This document shows positions 62,390 through 64,000 of a stretch of DNA of 64,000 nucleotides, one piece after another. The notes beneath the pieces are model-generated. The model did not search any database and was not told the origin of the DNA. It saw nothing but the letters and a program-made list of their open reading frames with translations. Positions within the stretch are counted from its first letter, which is position 1. Every line of letters starts with the position of its first letter. Position numbers and translations under genes: made by a program. The DNA comes from Parcubacteria group bacterium GW2011_GWE2_39_37 (lineage in GTDB: Bacteria; Patescibacteriota; Patescibacteriia; Patescibacteriales; GWE2-39-37): contig LBWY01000010.1 in the NCBI GenBank assembly GCA_000995135.1, positions 10,382 to 74,381 on the forward strand, in the 5' to 3' direction.

Positions 62390-62923
62390 TTATTTAATTT
62401 CTTTTTTCGGCTTTAACAATTTTACCGCCTCTTCATTAATCGGAGTCTTACTGCCAAGCAAGGATTCATATTCTTTTTTTATCCTTTGCAAGAGCTTGAA
62501 AGGATGCTCTTCAACGAAGTTTCCCTTAACCTTAAGACGGATCAGATCACTGACCTCACGGGTCATATTCTTGTAGATATCTTTTGCAATGAAATCAGGC
62601 GAAAAAAGGAATATGACGTTGAATTTATTCTTCTTCTGCACGTCATCGATATCTTGCTTCAGTTTATGTAAAAATTTTGTATGTAAATCTAATTTTAGAT
62701 TCTGCTTCATTTCATAAGCTGCTCCGCTTACGATCCTCGTCTGTCCCATTGATTTGCCGAACGAGCCTTCTCGGTCAGAATAAACCGGGTTGACGATATG
62801 GAATAACGCCAGCTCCTCGATAAAGCCCTGGTTTGCAGAATATAGCTTCGCTGACCGCTCCCCTGTTACGATCAACAGTGCTTTTTCTTCATTGAATTGC
62901 GGTAAATTTTTTTCTATCTGCAT
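62390..62923 (-). CDS. hypothetical 177-aa protein
   Basis: ORF tightly packed between lon and rpsD. Any similarity to eRF1/host-attachment-like folds is only an unverified impression. Confidence 0.5.
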   Translation of the reverse strand: MQIEKNLPQFNEEKALLIVTGERSAKLYSANQGFIEELALFHIVNPVYSDREGSFGKSMGQTRIVSGAAYEMKQNLKLDLHTKFLHKLKQDIDDVQKKNKFNVIFLFSPDFIAKDIYKNMTREVSDLIRLKVKGNFVEEHPFKLLQRIKKEYESLLGSKTPINEEAVKLLKPKKEIK

Positions 62924-62924
62924 T

Positions 62925-64000
62925 TTATTTGAATGTATTTTTAAAAACTTCTTCCATATTGGAAACGAATTTAAAAGATAGATCTTTTCTTATGTCCGAA
63001 GGAACTTCATGAAGATGCTTCTCATTCTCTCTCGGCATGATTATCGTCTTTACGCCCGCCCGATGAGCCGCAATTACCTTCTCTTTGATGCCTCCAACTT
63101 CCAAAACTTTTCCGGACAAAGTTATTTCACCGGTTAACGCCACTTCTTTCCTTACCTTTTTCCTATTCAGAAGCGAAGCCAATGCTGTGGCGATAGCTAT
63201 GCCGGCCGAAGGTCCGTCCTTGGGCAATGACCCCGGCACATGAACATGGATATCAAGCTTTTCCAGATCTTTGCTTTTTAATTTGAATTTATCCTCAACC
63301 GAGCGAAGATATGACAGTGCCGCCCGTGCTGAGTCTTGCGTCGATTCTCTCAATTGCCCTGTCAATATCAATTTGCCTTTGCCAGGATATGCCACTGCTT
63401 CGATAAAGATGATTTCTCCTCCCGCAGGAGTCCAGGCCATGCCGGTACTTACCCCTACCTCATCTTTTTTGTTGCCCATCGTTATCTGGAAATCTTCCGG
63501 CCCGAGATAGCGATACAACTCATTGGCTTTGACAGATATCTTGAACTGTTTTTCTTTCTCAACAAATTTTTTCGCGACTTTTCTTGCAATCTCAGAAAGT
63601 TTTCTCTCAAGGTTTCTCACTCCAGCTTCTTTGGTGTATTTTTCGATGATCTTCTTAATGGCTTGATTTTCAAACATCAATTCTTCTTTATCCAAGCCAT
63701 TAGCCTCAAGCACTCTGGGAATCAAGAATTTAGTAGCGATAGAAAATTTTTCAGCTGAGGTGTAGCTGGAAAATTCTATCACCTCCATCCTATCCCTCAA
63801 GGTCGGAGGTATGGAATCGATTATATTGGCAGTAGTGATAAAGAATACTTCCGACAGATCAAACGGTACTTCCAGATAATGATCAGAAAATGAATTATTC
63901 TGTTCCGGATCCAGAACCTCTAAAAGGGCGGCGGATGGATCGCCTCTGAAATCTTGTCCGATCTTATCGATCTCATCTAACATAAAGACCGGATTCTTGG
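62925..64000 (-). CDS. lon: Lon protease, C-terminal part (continues beyond window)
   Basis: ..[11 protein letters not shown] Walker B, sensor region and protease domain with [15 protein letters not shown]. The frame is open to nt 64000. Confidence 0.9.
   Translation of the reverse strand, partial: KNPVFMLDEIDKIGQDFRGDPSAALLEVLDPEQNNSFSDHYLEVPFDLSEVFFITTANIIDSIPPTLRDRMEVIEFSSYTSAEKFSIATKFLIPRVLEANGLDKEELMFENQAIKKIIEKYTKEAGVRNLERKLSEIARKVAKKFVEKEKQFKISVKANELYRYLGPEDFQITMGNKKDEVGVSTGMAWTPAGGEIIFIEAVAYPGKGKLILTGQLRESTQDSARAALSYLRSVEDKFKLKSKDLEKLDIHVHVPGSLPKDGPSAGIAIATALASLLNRKKVRKEVALTGEITLSGKVLEVGGIKEKVIAAHRAGVKTIIMPRENEKHLHEVPSDIRKDLSFKFVSNMEEVFKNTFK

Noticed and set aside
1-64000. tRNA, rRNA, tmRNA or SRP RNA genes in the larger intergenic gaps.
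   Set aside because: No T-loop (GGTTCGAATCC-like) or acceptor-stem pattern was seen by eye on either strand, and no conserved rRNA, tmRNA or SRP segment. A covariance-model scan would be needed to be certain.

Overview
Gene-dense, low-GC chromosomal segment. By eye it is about 35-40% GC, with three visibly GC-richer patches. Gene content and style suggest a small-genome Patescibacteria/CPR-like (Parcubacteria-type) bacterium; this is inference, no search was run. RF2 is present and ORFs read normally in standard code 11.

Most of the window is housekeeping:
- Cell division and envelope: ftsA-ftsZ, lepB, an LCP protein, htrA, ybeY-dgkA.
- Translation and RNA: prfB, hisS, rpsU, rpsD, pheS-pheT, pth, der, rlmH.
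- DNA processing and uptake: topA, dprA, a split comEC, a UvrD-nuclease fusion.
- Other: ndk, lon, relA/spoT, nrdR-nrdD-nrdG.

No rRNA, tRNA or CRISPR array was found.

Items worth a second look:
1. A roughly 9 kb minus-strand cell-surface operon (20503-29664). It encodes a 583-aa protein, a 1885-aa Cys-rich/IPT/Fn3 giant and two Ca-binding-repeat membrane proteins. The two large proteins and a stand-alone 137-aa protein (6322-6735) share a VirB2/TrbC-pilin-like signal-peptide plus two-helix module.
2. An aberrant class III RNR locus. The NrdD glycyl-radical motif sits on a separate 48-aa ORF behind an inserted repeat. The NrdG homolog lacks the radical-SAM CX3CX2C triad.
3. Three direct copies of the relA 3' end bracket about 3 kb of accessory DNA. 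That DNA includes a TIR-bounded mini-cassette with its own promoter, SD and terminator.
4. Several short palindromic repeat families populate the intergenic regions.
5. GC-rich orphan biosynthetic genes (leuA block, purC) look horizontally acquired.

All functional calls come from motif recognition in the supplied translations. No database search was run.
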